Source: Hydrolagus colliei
Taxonomy: Eukaryota
NCBI GenBank assembly: GCA_035084275.1
Contig: CM068747.1
Span: 7,316,001-7,380,000 of the forward strand
DNA: 64,000 bases
Direction of reading: 5' to 3'
Positions 31,377 through 44,581 of this stretch are shown here, piece after piece (the stretch's first letter is position 1; the number at the start of each line of letters is the position of its first letter). The notes beneath the pieces are model-generated. The model did not search any database. It was not told where the DNA came from and saw nothing but the letters and a program-made list of their open reading frames with translations. The position numbers were made by a program, and so were the translations under genes.

Positions 31377-33754
31377 ATATCTCTTTAAGATACAATTCTT
31401 TCCCCATGCACTGTGTTATGGAATCATAGAACATATTAGATAATTATTTGGGGAGGACAAGTTTGCAGGGTTATGCGGAGAGAGCAGAAGGATTGATTTG
31501 GAAAGCTCTTTTCAAAGAGCTGGCACAGATGGGTGGAATGGCCTCTTCTGTGCTGTATAATTCTATCCTTCTATGTTTACAGTCATAATCCTCCACTTGC
31601 TATCTGTGTTGATAGGTGAAATACAGGCCAGGATTTTTCTTCTTAAGAGCCAAACTGGGAGTCATTCAAGATTATTAGACCTGCGTTGGCTGCTGTTTGT
31701 ATACAATGCTTCAGTCTCATTTAGTTTTAATAATATCAGACCAGTAGTCAACAATAGGAGGCATTTTGCTTACAATTCCTTCATCGAGATTGATCAGGAA
31801 AATTAAGAAATGTAGAGCTCCTAGCAATAATTTTTCCCTGGGGTAAAAATTGCACTCAGTGTTAATGCCTTTGGCGATGTGAGCCACTAATAGGGTTTCC
31901 TCCATTATATTCACACATTGCCAAGCACATTACAGATAATACTCAGCGCCTTGGGACTCCTCCCAATGTGAAAGGCGCTCTATAAATGTAATTTTGCTGT
32001 TATTGTTGTGTTTTGTTGTTGTACTCGATGGAATTTTTCCCCCTTTGGGACTGCATCAGGATGCACATTTCACCTTCACTAATAGGCTTCAGTGCACACG
32101 TTGTGAGTGGAACAATGTTAATACATTGAATGTAATTTCAGAGAATGTCAGATATTTTACAGAGGTGAAAAAGTTAGATTCAACAAACATCAGTGAAATT
32201 GGCCATTCTCTTGGCCATGGGGAGCCCTGTGCTGCTCGAATGAAATGTTACATTCTCAACCAATGTTCACACATGTTCAGGAGTGGAAGGTTAATACTAG
32301 ATCGCATTTAGGATGCAATACTATGGTAATCTTAACAACACAATACACTTCTCCCTCCACTGAACTCTTCATTGCCTGAGGGCACCACCTCTAGGTCTCA
32401 TGCCGTTCGGTAGCTTTGGCTTTATTATGGATCCTATGGGGGTAGACACTCGGGCAATGAGATCTCACCCTTTCTCTTTTATCTTCCTGAGGTGAAGGGC
32501 GCTCTATTTATGTGATTTTATTGTTATTGTTTTATGTTGTCTAGTTTGTCATCTACTCTAGGAAGTGACTGGCACTAGGAGAGATGTGTGGAATTAGAGT
32601 GGGCGGAATTTCCTGACAAATACCTAGTCACTACAATTTACAGTAAATACAGTGAACGCTTTGAAGTATTCTCCTGACATGAATGGTGCTATATTTAATA
32701 CAAGGATTATTATTATTATTTTTCTCTCTGGAATGGACTTAGAATACAAACTTAGACTACATGATACAGTGCCTTTCACAATGAGAGAGCTTGATGAGGC
32801 TCTGAGACTTCCATTCGCTCTTTCAAAATATGATATATGTTCTTCCTCTTCAAATATTTATTCATTTCCCTTTTGTGTTGGGATTGTACATTAGAAGTGC
32901 TCTCACAGTTTGGGTCACATCTATAAACCACTTGTGTCATTTAAAAAATATATTAATGATCCTTTCATGTGTTGCAGCCTTATAGCACTCTGTCCACACC
33001 AGCCATTGCCTATTCCTCCATCTACACTGTAGCCTTGGTTACCGTTGCCATGTATACGTGATAAAGAGAAACTGGCCTATATCCTTTTATTCATTCAGTG
33101 AAGAGGAATCAATTACTGATTGCTGACCTTAGTTTTTATTGTTGGTCTTGCTTCACCTAATCTCCATGATCTCCAGTGGTGCTAATGCAATCCAGGCCTG
33201 CTTCATGTCTTCCATGGCCTCTGCCCCTGTTGGATTACCCTGCGATTAGAGTATCCAGATAGTCTAAGACTTCCATGTATGTCTGATAATTTCCCTGTGT
33301 CCAGAATGGATTGCGCTCACCTCATCCCAGAAAGTATTAAGGGGAAAGTTGGCAAGGCTTGAGGAGCCAGAATGGGAATTGGTGCAGCTGTTGGGAGTTT
33401 AACATTGATTTCTAAAATCACATTGATTTCTCTTGTGAACATTGTTTGGAAAGCTTCCTGTTGCTTGTCCACACCACTCATTAGGGCTTTGGTTTGTGGA
33501 GTTAAGAGTATTTGAGTGTTCACGCATTTCTAGTGCCAATCCAGGCCTATGATACCACTCTGAATGTTAAGTGTAGAAGCCTGGCTGGAGGTTATATTAA
33601 GACTGAGATGGTGTGGGTTGCCTGAGGAACCAGCATTTATATTGCACCACAAGCTTCAAAATAGTGACACCGACTGCAGCAGCTTTTTGAAAACCATAAG
33701 GGTGAAGAGAAAATGAGCTCAACAAAAAATATTGGAGAACCAGCACAGTGTACA

Positions 33755-33941
33755 ACAGTCCCACAAACAGTCATGAATCGAAATGACCAATTTTATTATT
33801 GCGGTTTTGTTTGGATGGATAATTATTAGGCATGTGGAGTAAGGAAACCTGCACAGGATTTCGCCCTGATCTGACTGGATTCGAAACACGGGTTTCACGC
33901 TTATAAGGTGAGCGCTCTAACCACTGAGCTACAGGAGCTCC
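33755..33941 (-). mobile_element. tRNA-derived SINE, 5' part
   Basis: Reverse complement GGAGCTCCTGTAGCTCAGTGGTTAGAGCG...TTCGAATCC. Confidence 0.8.
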
Positions 33942-34639
33942 ACAATGAGATACTGCTGGAGTATAACCATCGTAAACACAGACAACCTCCTGACATGAAA
34001 GGCGCTCTATAAATGTAATTTTGTTATTGTCGGATTGTTGTTTTGCTTGTCCAGTTAGGACCACCTCTGCCTGTTGGGGATTTCATTTGCAGGATTAACA
34101 GCAGCCAAATGGAAAGAATTCCTACCCAAAGGGATTTGATTAAAATGAATTGGAGTATGAGATAGAGTAATTGGGTTTTTATCATAGCTGAGTGAGGACA
34201 CAGAGGGAAGGAAGCACGTGGAGCTTGAGAAGAAAGTTGGGAGACACAATGACGCAATGTCGATAAAGCAGGGACAGGAAAGGTAATGAAGGAGAGAGAG
34301 AGGGAAGATGCTTCCTCACAAGTGACCATCTGTCAATGTTAAGGTTGTCAGAACCTTAACATTAGTGTTGGGTTATAAATGAACCGAACTGCACTGTCCT
34401 CTGAAATGACATCTCACCACAGCTTTATACTATTCTTTATGGGAGTATGGGAGTATGTATTAACTCAGTTAATACGTACTCATTAGTTTCTAAAAGACGA
34501 TTAGCTTTCAGATTAATACATGGTGATACTGGATGAGACTGATGGATTAGATGCAAATATATTGGAAATGTCTCGTCCCACTCTATTTCATCAATATTCA
34601 GAGTGGACAACTCTCTTCCAAAATAGCTGTCATTACAAC

Positions 34640-35120
34640 AACAATGCACCTATACAGTGTGGATCACTTAGGGGGAAGAGTCTCAGAACAAAGATAGAGT
34701 GGAAGCTGATTGCAATTTGCCCAATTTACTTAATTGCTCCTCATACTCTACTCTTTTAAATAATTCCCTCAATTATTTTTGTTGCGTTCCTCTGGATCTT
34801 CTTGATTTCTTCAATGTCCTTTTTGTACAGAACTGTGCAAGATACTATTAAGTATGGTCTCACCAATGATTTATACAGTGGCAGAATTACTGCACTATTT
34901 TGGCTTGCTATTGATCTTTTGATACATCACACCATCTGGTTTGCTTTAATCACTGCCACAGAGCATATTTGGAAGAGCTTCAATTTATTGTCAATCAGGA
35001 ACCCCCTCCCCACCCCCCAGGTCCTTTTCATTTTCCATACATATTATTTTCTCTCCATTGAAATAATAGTTTCTTCTAAGATTTTTTGTCTCCATGTGAA
35101 GTACTTAAGATTTCTCCACA
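34640..35120 (-). mobile_element. Degenerate CR1 LINE ORF2 fragment
   Basis: Minus strand CCACTGTATAAATCATTGGTGAGACCATACTTA resembles the CR1 PLYxxLVRPHLEY motif. Confidence 0.65.
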
Positions 35121-36259
35121 TTGAGGAGAATGTAAAGTACTGAGTTAAGGACGAATATGGAGGAGAGGAATTGCAATTAGAAAAATAGAGTTGGCATGAA
35201 CCATTGAAATAAGAAATGGGGCTGAATGACGTACAGTACTTCTGTTCCTGACACAACTTGTGTTCCACTATTTGCTTTTGAGCTACAGCTCAAAGTAAGC
35301 ATTGAAAGTATCTGTATAGTGAAAGATGTCACACCTAAAGACTCCTCACGCCAGGTTGTTTTGGAGTGGAGATGCTGCACCACAGAGCTTTCCCAGTGAG
35401 CAACAAATGTAAACACTGGCTGCATGCCAGCAATTTGAATTAGAAAGATAGGTCAATGCCGCCCTCAGATAATTGGAAAGGGATTTTTTTTTCATCAGCC
35501 AGGAGTCTTGCATACGTGTGGAAACTAATCATCTTACATAAGACTCTCCAAACCAAACTGCTAGATCTTCACATATAAATAGAAATGAGCCATTCTCCAG
35601 AAATATGTGCGCACTCCCACCTTGGAGAAATTTACTTACCGAATCCCAGAACGTATGAGGCGCAGGTTGAAAAGAACCAAGGTTTGGGGAACCGATAGTA
35701 GGCACTGGGGTAACTACTGGAGTTTAACCAGCTGAGACTTTACCATTGAGAACACTGAGAGACAAGTTTAAAGCTGAATGTCCAGACGGGACCCAACTGC
35801 CAGAGCTTCACATATTAATGCAAATAAGCCTTTCTCCAAAATCCTGTGCATATTCTTATATCAGAGAAATATACTTTCCAGCTATTAGGGTTTACTGACT
35901 GGCTGTTAGGGTTTGGCTTTTGCAGGGTTAAAAACTACTGGACTACAAGGCAGCATTTTGCAACAAACTCAGATTAATATGAACACATGGTTAGTTTGCA
36001 TTAATTCCTATAGAATTCTATCTGCACGCAATGAAAGGCTGATTAAATCTTTGTTTAAATGATGCCTCTAAATTAAACATTTTTAATTTATTCAGTCATC
36101 TGTAACTGCCAGGTCGAGCCGGTCAGTGCTGCCTCTCATGTTAAATTGTGGGCTGAGGTGGTGGTGTAGCCAGACAGAGGCATAGAAACAGAAATGAAAG
36201 CTTCTGGAGTCTGGTGTGTAACAAGGATGTTGGGTATCAGGTTGGCTGTATATTTGTGG

Positions 36260-36555
36260 GTGAAACAAATGAGAGGCCTGGGTGTGATTCCTGGCAGGGT
36301 GAAACTGCGCGTAAGTTTCCTTACTCCACAAACCTGACAATAATCCCTCACGAAAAAAAACAATAATAAATTGGTCACTTTAATCCACGAATGTTTGTAC
36401 GACACTGCTGTGTGCAATTGGCTGCTGGGTTTTGCCCACAAATATACAGTCAATTCATTTTTACAGTATATTCTGTGAAGTGCTTCGAGACATCTAGAAG
36501 ACATGAAATATCAATACTGTATATCAAATGCAAGGATTATTATTATATTATTATT
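36260..36555 (+). mobile_element. tRNA-derived SINE, short form
   Basis: Family body and tail. Confidence 0.75.
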
Positions 36556-36809
36556 AAAAGTAATCTGAGTCCCTCAATAAATTACAATAGAATAATATCA
36601 TTGTTACATATAGTGGCTATACATTGAGAACATCTCAAAGCTCTTCAGAAAGTTTCTGTGAAGTGATTGTGTATTTGTAGAGGAACATGGCAGCCGATTA
36701 GCATGCAGTAATATTTTATCTTGGGGTCTGTTAGCCAGTACTCCGGGAGTCACTCCTCTCTTTGAATAAAACCATGGGATCTTTAATGACAATAATCTTT
36801 GAGCTGCAG

Positions 36810-37120
36810 TGGAGTCCTGTAGCTCAGTGGTTAGAGCACTCGCCTTACAAGCGTGAGACCTGTGCTCGAATCCTGGCAGGTCAAGGCAAAACCTTGGGCA
36901 AGTTTCCCTACTCCACACGCTTAATAATAATCCCTCCAAAAAAATAATGAATAAAATTGGTCATTTCAATCCACGACTGTTTGTGGGACACTACTGTGCA
37001 CAATTGGCTGCCGCGTTTCTACCACAAATATACACTTTACAGTATATATTCTGTGAAGTGCTTTGAGACGTCTAGAAGATGTGAAAAGCGCTATATCAAA
37101 TGCAAGGATTATTATTATAT
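36810..37120 (+). mobile_element. tRNA-derived SINE, short form, near-intact
   Basis: GGAGTCCTGTAGCTCAGTGGTTAGAGCACTCGCCTTACAAGCGTGAGACC...CTCGAATCC; hairpin tail; (TAT)n. Confidence 0.88.
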
Positions 37121-40100
37121 TATTCGCACCTTATTACAGTATATTGAAGAGCCACAAAGTGCTTCACTTAAACTGTTTGAAATGTAGTGACTCTGTCATA
37201 TGGCAGCATTTAATGGCTGTTTGTGGGAAACTGCTGTGTGCAAAATTGTCTGCTGCATTTGCCTACAAAATACTGTCAGTACATTAAATGGAAAATCTTG
37301 TGAAGCACTTTGAGATGATGTAGTCTCACAGGCTAAAACAATGTGGAATTTTAGGAGTTGTTCTCTCTATTATTTGACTCTCCATCAGGCTGGCAGACTT
37401 TGCCAAGTGAATCAATACATCTAACCATCTGTTATGATACAACTTGATGATATAATTTAGCAGTGTACAAACGCTGGAAACCTAAATTATAAGCAATTGA
37501 GCAATTTCCATTATCGGGTTTCAGTCAAACAGACAAGAAAAGTGGAGATGCAGAATTCATACAAGGTAGGGAACCAACAACAACAACAAATTGCATTTAT
37601 ATATCACCTTTCACATCAGGAGGATTCCACAAGTGCTAACCAGTTGAGGTGTTGTTGGGGTTGGATACCAGTGGGCTGGAGGCTGAGGGGTTTGGGCTGA
37701 GAAGATGACTAAAGAGATGCGTTCAAAGAGGAAGGTCTTTGGTTGGAACTTGAAGGAGGCAAGTGAAGCGAAGGGGCTCCTGGAAAGAGTTCCTCGATAT
37801 GGTTTGTGGGAGCAAAAAGGCTGAAGGGCCGCCCACTGTTGGTGGAGCGCGTCGGGTGGGTTACATGGTAAGGTTTTAACGGGTCACAGAGATACCGGGG
37901 AGCAACACATTGGAGGAAAAAAACAATGCCTCCTTTACAGCATTTGCAAACAGTGCCTGTCATGTCAGTTTATTTTCAGTTATACTGTACTGACTTTCTA
38001 TTTTTTTTAAAAACAAATCTAATCTTTCTGTGTATCACTCATGCTGACAAAAATAGCCAGAGCTCCCTTCAATGATAGGTTTGTGATGTATAAGGCAATA
38101 ATATTGTAGTCAGGAATCTCAAATGAGTGGGGGAAGAGAGGGGAGGTCACCTGAAAGTAATCTTCATTTAATGAATTTATTTGGTGATTTTTTGTGCTGA
38201 TCAAACTATGTTGGTGCTGGGGGTTGAAACAATTTCAGGAACTTAGCAGCTTGTACAAATGCGAATAGAGTCTTTGGAATGTTGTCCTAAATACCCTTCT
38301 AAAATATACAGACTTGGTCAAACAATTTGGGGAGAGAGCATATATGCTCATCACCCAGTGATGAGAGAATTATGATCTAGGCTAAGCCAAGGTTTCAGTC
38401 TCTGACCCTTATTAATGACACACCACAGTACAAATTTACATTTATATAGCACATATATAGATCCCAAGAAACTCAATAATGCAATCTTAGTACCTGAGCT
38501 GGGGAGGAATTCTGAGAAGGTGGGGACGGGAAGGGTGAGAGTGGTGGCAGATAAGATAAAAGATCACAAGAGATGTTTAAATGAAGAAAATCCATTGCCT
38601 ATTTGATGTCATCCTTCCAGTCTACCGACCCTATCATTCTCCCAATACAGCACCAAGCTGTTTCTTAAATGAGCCCAGTATTCTGGTTTTAACCTCCCTT
38701 CCTGTTCATCATTAATGACCCTTTCAGTAAATATAATATAATACACAGCAATGTCTCTTTTCAAATAGTGCCATGGGATCTCTAACGACCACCTGAACAG
38801 GCAGACTAAACATCAGTTTCATGTTTCATCCTGCAATGGAGTGTCAGGCTCGACTGTGAGCACAAGTCTAGAAATTGGAACTACTTTTTTAGCACTGTTA
38901 TTCTATTCATAATTAGGTAATCCCACAACAACAAATCAATGAACATGCAATCCCTTCCAGTTATTTGGAAGTAATGCCACCTTTGCACTGACCATAATAT
39001 ATATTCATGGCAGATGCCTGTGGATCAGCATTGGCATCAATTCAATGCTGGGGAATTTATTGTATAGTTCGCATATTTATTAGAACTGATTAATATTGAA
39101 AGCAGAATCATTCCTTTACACCTTCTGTCTTTATAATATTAACTAACCATCTGGTGTATTCCACATTGTGCCACTGACACACTTGAATTATTCATCTGGA
39201 TTCTCAAGGAAAAACTGCACACACACTACTTGCCAATTGTGCACAGGGATTTTGAAGGACCAGGGCTGCCATTTACACACTGAAATTAATGCTCAATGCT
39301 TGTCTTAACTCTACTGTCTTGCTATTCACAGAACAAATCTGCAGGGTGTCAGCTTCTTATGTACAAGGACCAGGGTAAAACTCTGACCAGTAACAAGGCC
39401 ACTAACATAATGACTGGGAAAGATGATCCCATACTGGTCACTTAACAGGCCAAACTGCCCCTCTTCATTTGTGCCCCTAAAGCTCCCTCTCATTAATATT
39501 CTAATACACCCCTCCCCCCTGCCCTGTCCCTTTCCCTTGCTCGGGTCCCGTCCTGACTGTTCAGCGCCTTGGGACGTCCTCCCGATGTGAAAGGCGCTCT
39601 ATAAATGTAATTTGGTTGTTGTTGTTGTATTATCTCCCTCCACTTACCCCCATTAGGTTCACCAACTCTTATAAAGGGGCTTTCAGAAATCACAAAGTCT
39701 ATATAAAACGGTCACAGATGTGTTTGAATATAATATGTTAGCCAGGCTCAGCTGGTGGCAATCTCTCTTACCCATATGTCAGAATGTTGTGAGTTCAAGC
39801 CCAATGCCTAGACATTGAGCTCCTGGTTTAACGTAATGTTGCATTGCAGCACTGCCTGAACACGGCGTTGTCAGACATGTAGTCATTTGGATAAAATGTA
39901 AAACTGAAGTCCCCCCTTCAACAACACCAAAAATTTTACATTGATATAGCATTTGTTATGATGGGAGGACATCTCAAAGTCCTTCATTCAGGCAGATATA
40001 ACATTCTATGGAAGGGAATTTTCCCCTGTTACCCAGCCAATAATCCTCCAGATAAAATTAGCCCTTCACTTTGTAGCTGTTTGTGAGACATGCTCTGTGC

Positions 40101-41132
40101 AAATTGCCTGCCGTGTTTACTTACAATAACAGTTATTACGCTTTACAGATGTTCTGAGTCTTCTGTATCGTCTTCTGCATTAATAACTATTGTATTATTG
40201 ATAAAATCTACCACTCACTGCACATTGAATCTGTTTAGTCTCTGCTCAAAATGCTTTCAATAATGACAAAGTTACAAGCAACTTAATCTGGCCTAGCTCT
40301 CCACATACATTTCGATGCATCTTCGAAATGACTCTTTTGGCATGTTCAAACATCCTGTGCTAATTTCAATAATCCTTTTTTCTCCCCAGTCCTACAAATC
40401 AATCAAATGCAAATAAAATGCCATAGTCTGTTACATATTTAATCTGATATGATGTCACCCTAAAGAAATTTCACCTCAGAGAACCCAAATAATTTATTTG
40501 AAACTGTTCAAAGGCTCTCAGTGCTGGTCGAAAATTGAATCGCTTTGCAGAATTGCACAAGGAATTGTCCCACTGGGGTCTGGCAGGCATCCAATCTGAC
40601 TCAAGCTTTGTATAACATCATTTTTTATCACCATCACGCAATGCCTGGTGGTGTGAAGATGCAGTTTATTTAAGATTTCACGCTCTATATCCAAGTGAGT
40701 AGAACATGGGTCTTCAGTACAAAAACACAAGGATGTTATGGATTTGGTCAAGTGTCTGTAAAACTGAAACACATATTTAGCAGCAAATTGTAGTGATTGT
40801 ATTTGTAGGTAAATGAGGTTGTGGCAGACCATTGGTACACAGCTAGAAGTAAATGAACAATTTATCTCCTCCTTTCTCTTTCAAATATTGGCATATGTTC
40901 ACCTGAACAGCAAGGAGCTCAGTTTAACGTCTAACTTGAAGGACGTCACATGCAACAATGAAGTGCTTCTTCAGCAATCTGCACTATGAGCTCAAATCCT
41001 CATATGAGCTAAAGATGAAGGAACTACCAATTTACGGTTGATCAGGTCACGGATAAATGGGCTTTTACTGTACAATGGTCTTATAGGCTGAGACTAGGTG
41101 ACATTTCTGGGCTTGGATGTGTGATGGCGCAG

Positions 41133-41301
41133 GAAAATATCAGTTACACTGATTGTCCACTAGCAGCCTTAGTGATACCTGGAGTTAATAATGTGTTCAT
41201 TGATACAACAAATTACTGAAAATATCAGTTACACTGATTGTCCACTAGCAGGCTGGGTGATACCTGGAGTTAATAATGTGTTCATTGATACAACAAATTA
41301 C
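41133..41301. repeat. Two-copy tandem duplication, 85-bp unit
   Basis: GAAAATATCAGTTACACTGATTGTCCACTAGCAG...GATACAACAAATTAC starts at 41133 and again at 41218. Confidence 0.9.
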
Positions 41302-42589
41302 ATATAGAGCCTTTCACGCCAAGAGGATGTCTCAAGGCACTGATACATCCAAACATCACAGAATATACCCCAAAGTTCATCTATGAAATCATCATCAAAT
41401 GAATATTATATAGGTTTGGATAGAAAGCTATATGTCTATTAGCTATGTCATTCGTTTTGTGGGTAAAAATAGCTTTTAACATTTGGGTTAACTTCAAATG
41501 TTTATGTGGTACATTGCTATGTGCAAATCGGCTACAAATACACACTCCACTTCACAGAAGTGAAACATCATATTGTCATCTTTCACTGACTCAATGAATG
41601 AGTCCCTCCCCTGTAAAACATGCAGTTGGATTGGTCAATGAACAAACCTTGATTTAATTTAGAAGTTGACTTTATTTGTATTCATATTTTGGCTTGAAAT
41701 TCTACCTACCAATGTTAGCCTGTGAAAACTTTTTGCCTGATTAAAGATTGTGCAAAAATTGTGGAAAAATCGTTATAAATTTAGTCTTAATTTAGAAGCT
41801 GTTTTACTCCAGTTCTTAAAAGGAAACAACTTACAATACAATAATACAATTTATAGATTTACATTTAAACATTTGTGCAGTTGTCGCAAGTGTGAGGACC
41901 TGGGTTTGATTCCCGGGGAGGTCGAAATCTTACTATGTTTTCTTACTCCACACACCTCTGTTTACCTAACAGTAAGTAGGAATCTGGTTGTTAGTGAATT
42001 GGTAGATTGCTTTTCCGGGGGTAATTTCCACATGAGAATAAAGGTTAGTTCCAGGGGACGTCAACCCAACACGAAAGGCGCTCTACAAATGTAATTTTGT
42101 TGTATTTTGTTGTTTGTGATAAGAATTCCCTCAAAATAAAATATGCGTAATTGGCTGTTGTGATTTGTCAACAAAATACAGTCAATTCACTTTATTCAGT
42201 GAGGTGCTTTGAGACGTTGAAGACTTGATGAGGTGCTATATCAAATGTAAGGATGATTATTATTATTGTTATTCGGTGTGTGAATGTGGTACCCATTGGA
42301 GAAAAATATTAGTTACATTTATCATCCACTGGAGGACATAAATTTCTGCTCTTTGACCTTCTTAGTGAGTCAATGAAATTAACCTTTATTCTCAAGTGGA
42401 AATTTTATCTTAATTTAGAAGCTGCTTTACTACAGTTATTAAAAGGAAACAATTTACAACACAATTACAATAACGTTTACATTTCTAAAGAGGATTTTGT
42501 GTCAGACGGGTGTCTCAAAGAGATTAAGAACTAAATTGAGAATTTTCCACAATTTTGTGCAATTTGCTGGAATCCTGTATTTTGATATA

Positions 42590-42809
42590 CAGTAAAAGCC
42601 TGTTTATCCGTCACGCTCAGGACCTGGCCAATCCCGGTTAAAGTCCCTGCCGGATATTCGGCCGAAAATGCAAAAAAATAAATAATAAATAATAAAAATA
42701 ATGCAGTTTTCTGGATAAATTCCGGTTAATTGAATGCGGACCTTTTTTTGCGGTGCCGGTTAAACGGAAGTTATGGTTGATCAGGTTACGGATAAATGGG
42801 CTTTTACTG
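42590..42809. mobile_element. Tc1/mariner (Tigger/pogo-like) MITE, 220 bp
   Basis: TIRs CAGTAAAAGCCTGTTTATCCGTCAC and GTTACGGATAAATGGGCTTTTACTG; TA target duplication at 42588-89 and 42810-11; CpG-rich interior. Confidence 0.85.
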
Positions 42810-43034
42810 TACACTGGTATTGTAAACTGAGACTAGGTGACATTTCTGGCCTTGGATGTGTGATGGCACAGGAAAATATCAGTTACACTGATTGTCCACT
42901 AGCAGGCTGCTGTTTGTCCTTCAAAGAGTCATTGACACTAAATTTACCACAATATTCTCATGTGTTTGGTAGTGAGGCGGATTGGAGTTTTGCATGTGAA
43001 TGTAATTTTTGTTAATTTTGCACGGAAGTCATGT

Positions 43035-43405
43035 GGAGTCCCGTAGCTCAGTGGTTAGAGCATTTGCCTCACAAACAAGTGGACATGGGTCCTATTCCCA
43101 GGTGGGGCAAAACATTGGGCAAGTTTCCTTACTCCAGAAGCCTCTGTTTACCTAGCAGTTTGTAGGAAACCGGGTATTAATCAAGTGGCAGATCGCTTTT
43201 CCGGGGATAATAATCTCTCCAAAAAGAATTCATAATAATTTGGTCACTCAATCCATGGGTTTGTGGGACATTGTTGTGCACATTAGCTGCTGCGTTTTGC
43301 CCACAAAATATACACTCAATTCACTTTACAATATATTCTGTGAAGCGCTTTGAGACGTCTCAAAGACATGAAAAGGCATTATATCAAATTTAAGTATAAT
43401 TATTA
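43035..43405 (+). mobile_element. tRNA-derived SINE, long form
   Basis: GGAGTCCCGTAGCTCAGTGGTTAGAGC head through (TAT)n tail. Confidence 0.85.
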
Positions 43406-44426
43406 TGTAATTTAACGTTAATGATCGGCATACAAATATAAATTTGAATTGTAAACTCCTCGAAATAAGTATACAACCTCAATATCCCACAAACAGCCAG
43501 GACACTGGTAGAAACATGTTTCTCTTTTCAAAGAGGGTTCTTCAATCCCACCTCAAATACGGAGCTTCCCCAAAAGTAGCCTTAACTGAGAGCGCAAAGC
43601 CTCCTGCTGTGGGCATTGAACCTACAACCTTCTGATTCCCAGGCAGGTTTGCCTGGCTGATGTTCAAAGCATTGCTTTGAAATGAGCAGGTCAGTAAACC
43701 TGTACGCAATTCAATCTGCTTCAAGCATTGGAAAAACATGCATTCCTCAGCAAAAATATATTGCCTCAGCTTAATCACTCATTCATTGTATATCACTTTC
43801 AGCAATGAAGGCTGACAAGTGAGGCATTATTAATGAACGGACATATCATTTTCGAGAGAACTCCAGCCCTTGACAGGTGAAGCTGCAGTGGGATTTGCAC
43901 TCCCTCATAGTCTCTTTATTTCATTTGACAAGGCAAAAAAAATTAAAGGGAAATTATAATCTTTTATGTTTTACGTTAACAGGAGCAGAAGGTGACCTTG
44001 ACTGATCATAGAGAAATTGTGCAGGGTATTATTTACTTTTACTCTGTGTGTTAGAGCTAAAAGCAGCTAAAAGCATGGGATGATTCAGACTCTAAAATGA
44101 CTGCAGAACGAGGAGTACAGACCAGGAAGGCTATCATTTGAGGTAGAGACCTTCCTATCAGTGGGATAGGGATATTAGCATTCTGATAAGCACTGAATTC
44201 TAAACTCTGGTTAAAAGAGCTTTCCTTTCCTCCTGCCTGAATTGGTTTTCACATAAGCTTCCAACAGTACAAAGAGCAGGAATCTGACATTGTACATCAC
44301 TCTATCACAGAGAAGGCCTTCATTCCAATGTTCTGAAGCTGGACTGCAGCCCAGGATTCTCAGAGTTCATACAGCAATAACACACCATCAAACATCACAG
44401 GCAGTCATATAATTTGTTCAGACAGC

Positions 44427-44432
44427 TTTATT
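44427..44432 (-). terminator. Candidate polyadenylation signal of LRRC3
   Basis: AATAAA on the minus strand about 150 bp after the stop; an alternative lies at 43915-43920. Confidence 0.35.
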
Positions 44433-44581
44433 AGGAACTATAATGCACGAAAAAAAATCATAGAAAAGTCAAAGATTATACAATCTCTAATTAGCAAATG
44501 AGGCACTTGTGCTTGAGCCAGAATCTCACTGACTCATCCAGCATTAAGGTTGAATAGGTGTCACTGTGCTGGGGAAGCAGC

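Noticed and set aside
36810-36885. tRNA-like sequences (also at 31048, 33870, 43035, 51801)
   Set aside because: They have A and B boxes but continue directly into a shared SINE body and tail and lack a proper acceptor stem; they are SINE heads, not tRNA genes.
41133-41301. CRISPR-like or prokaryotic repeat system
   Set aside because: Eukaryotic intron-containing DNA; this is a simple two-copy tandem duplication without spacers.
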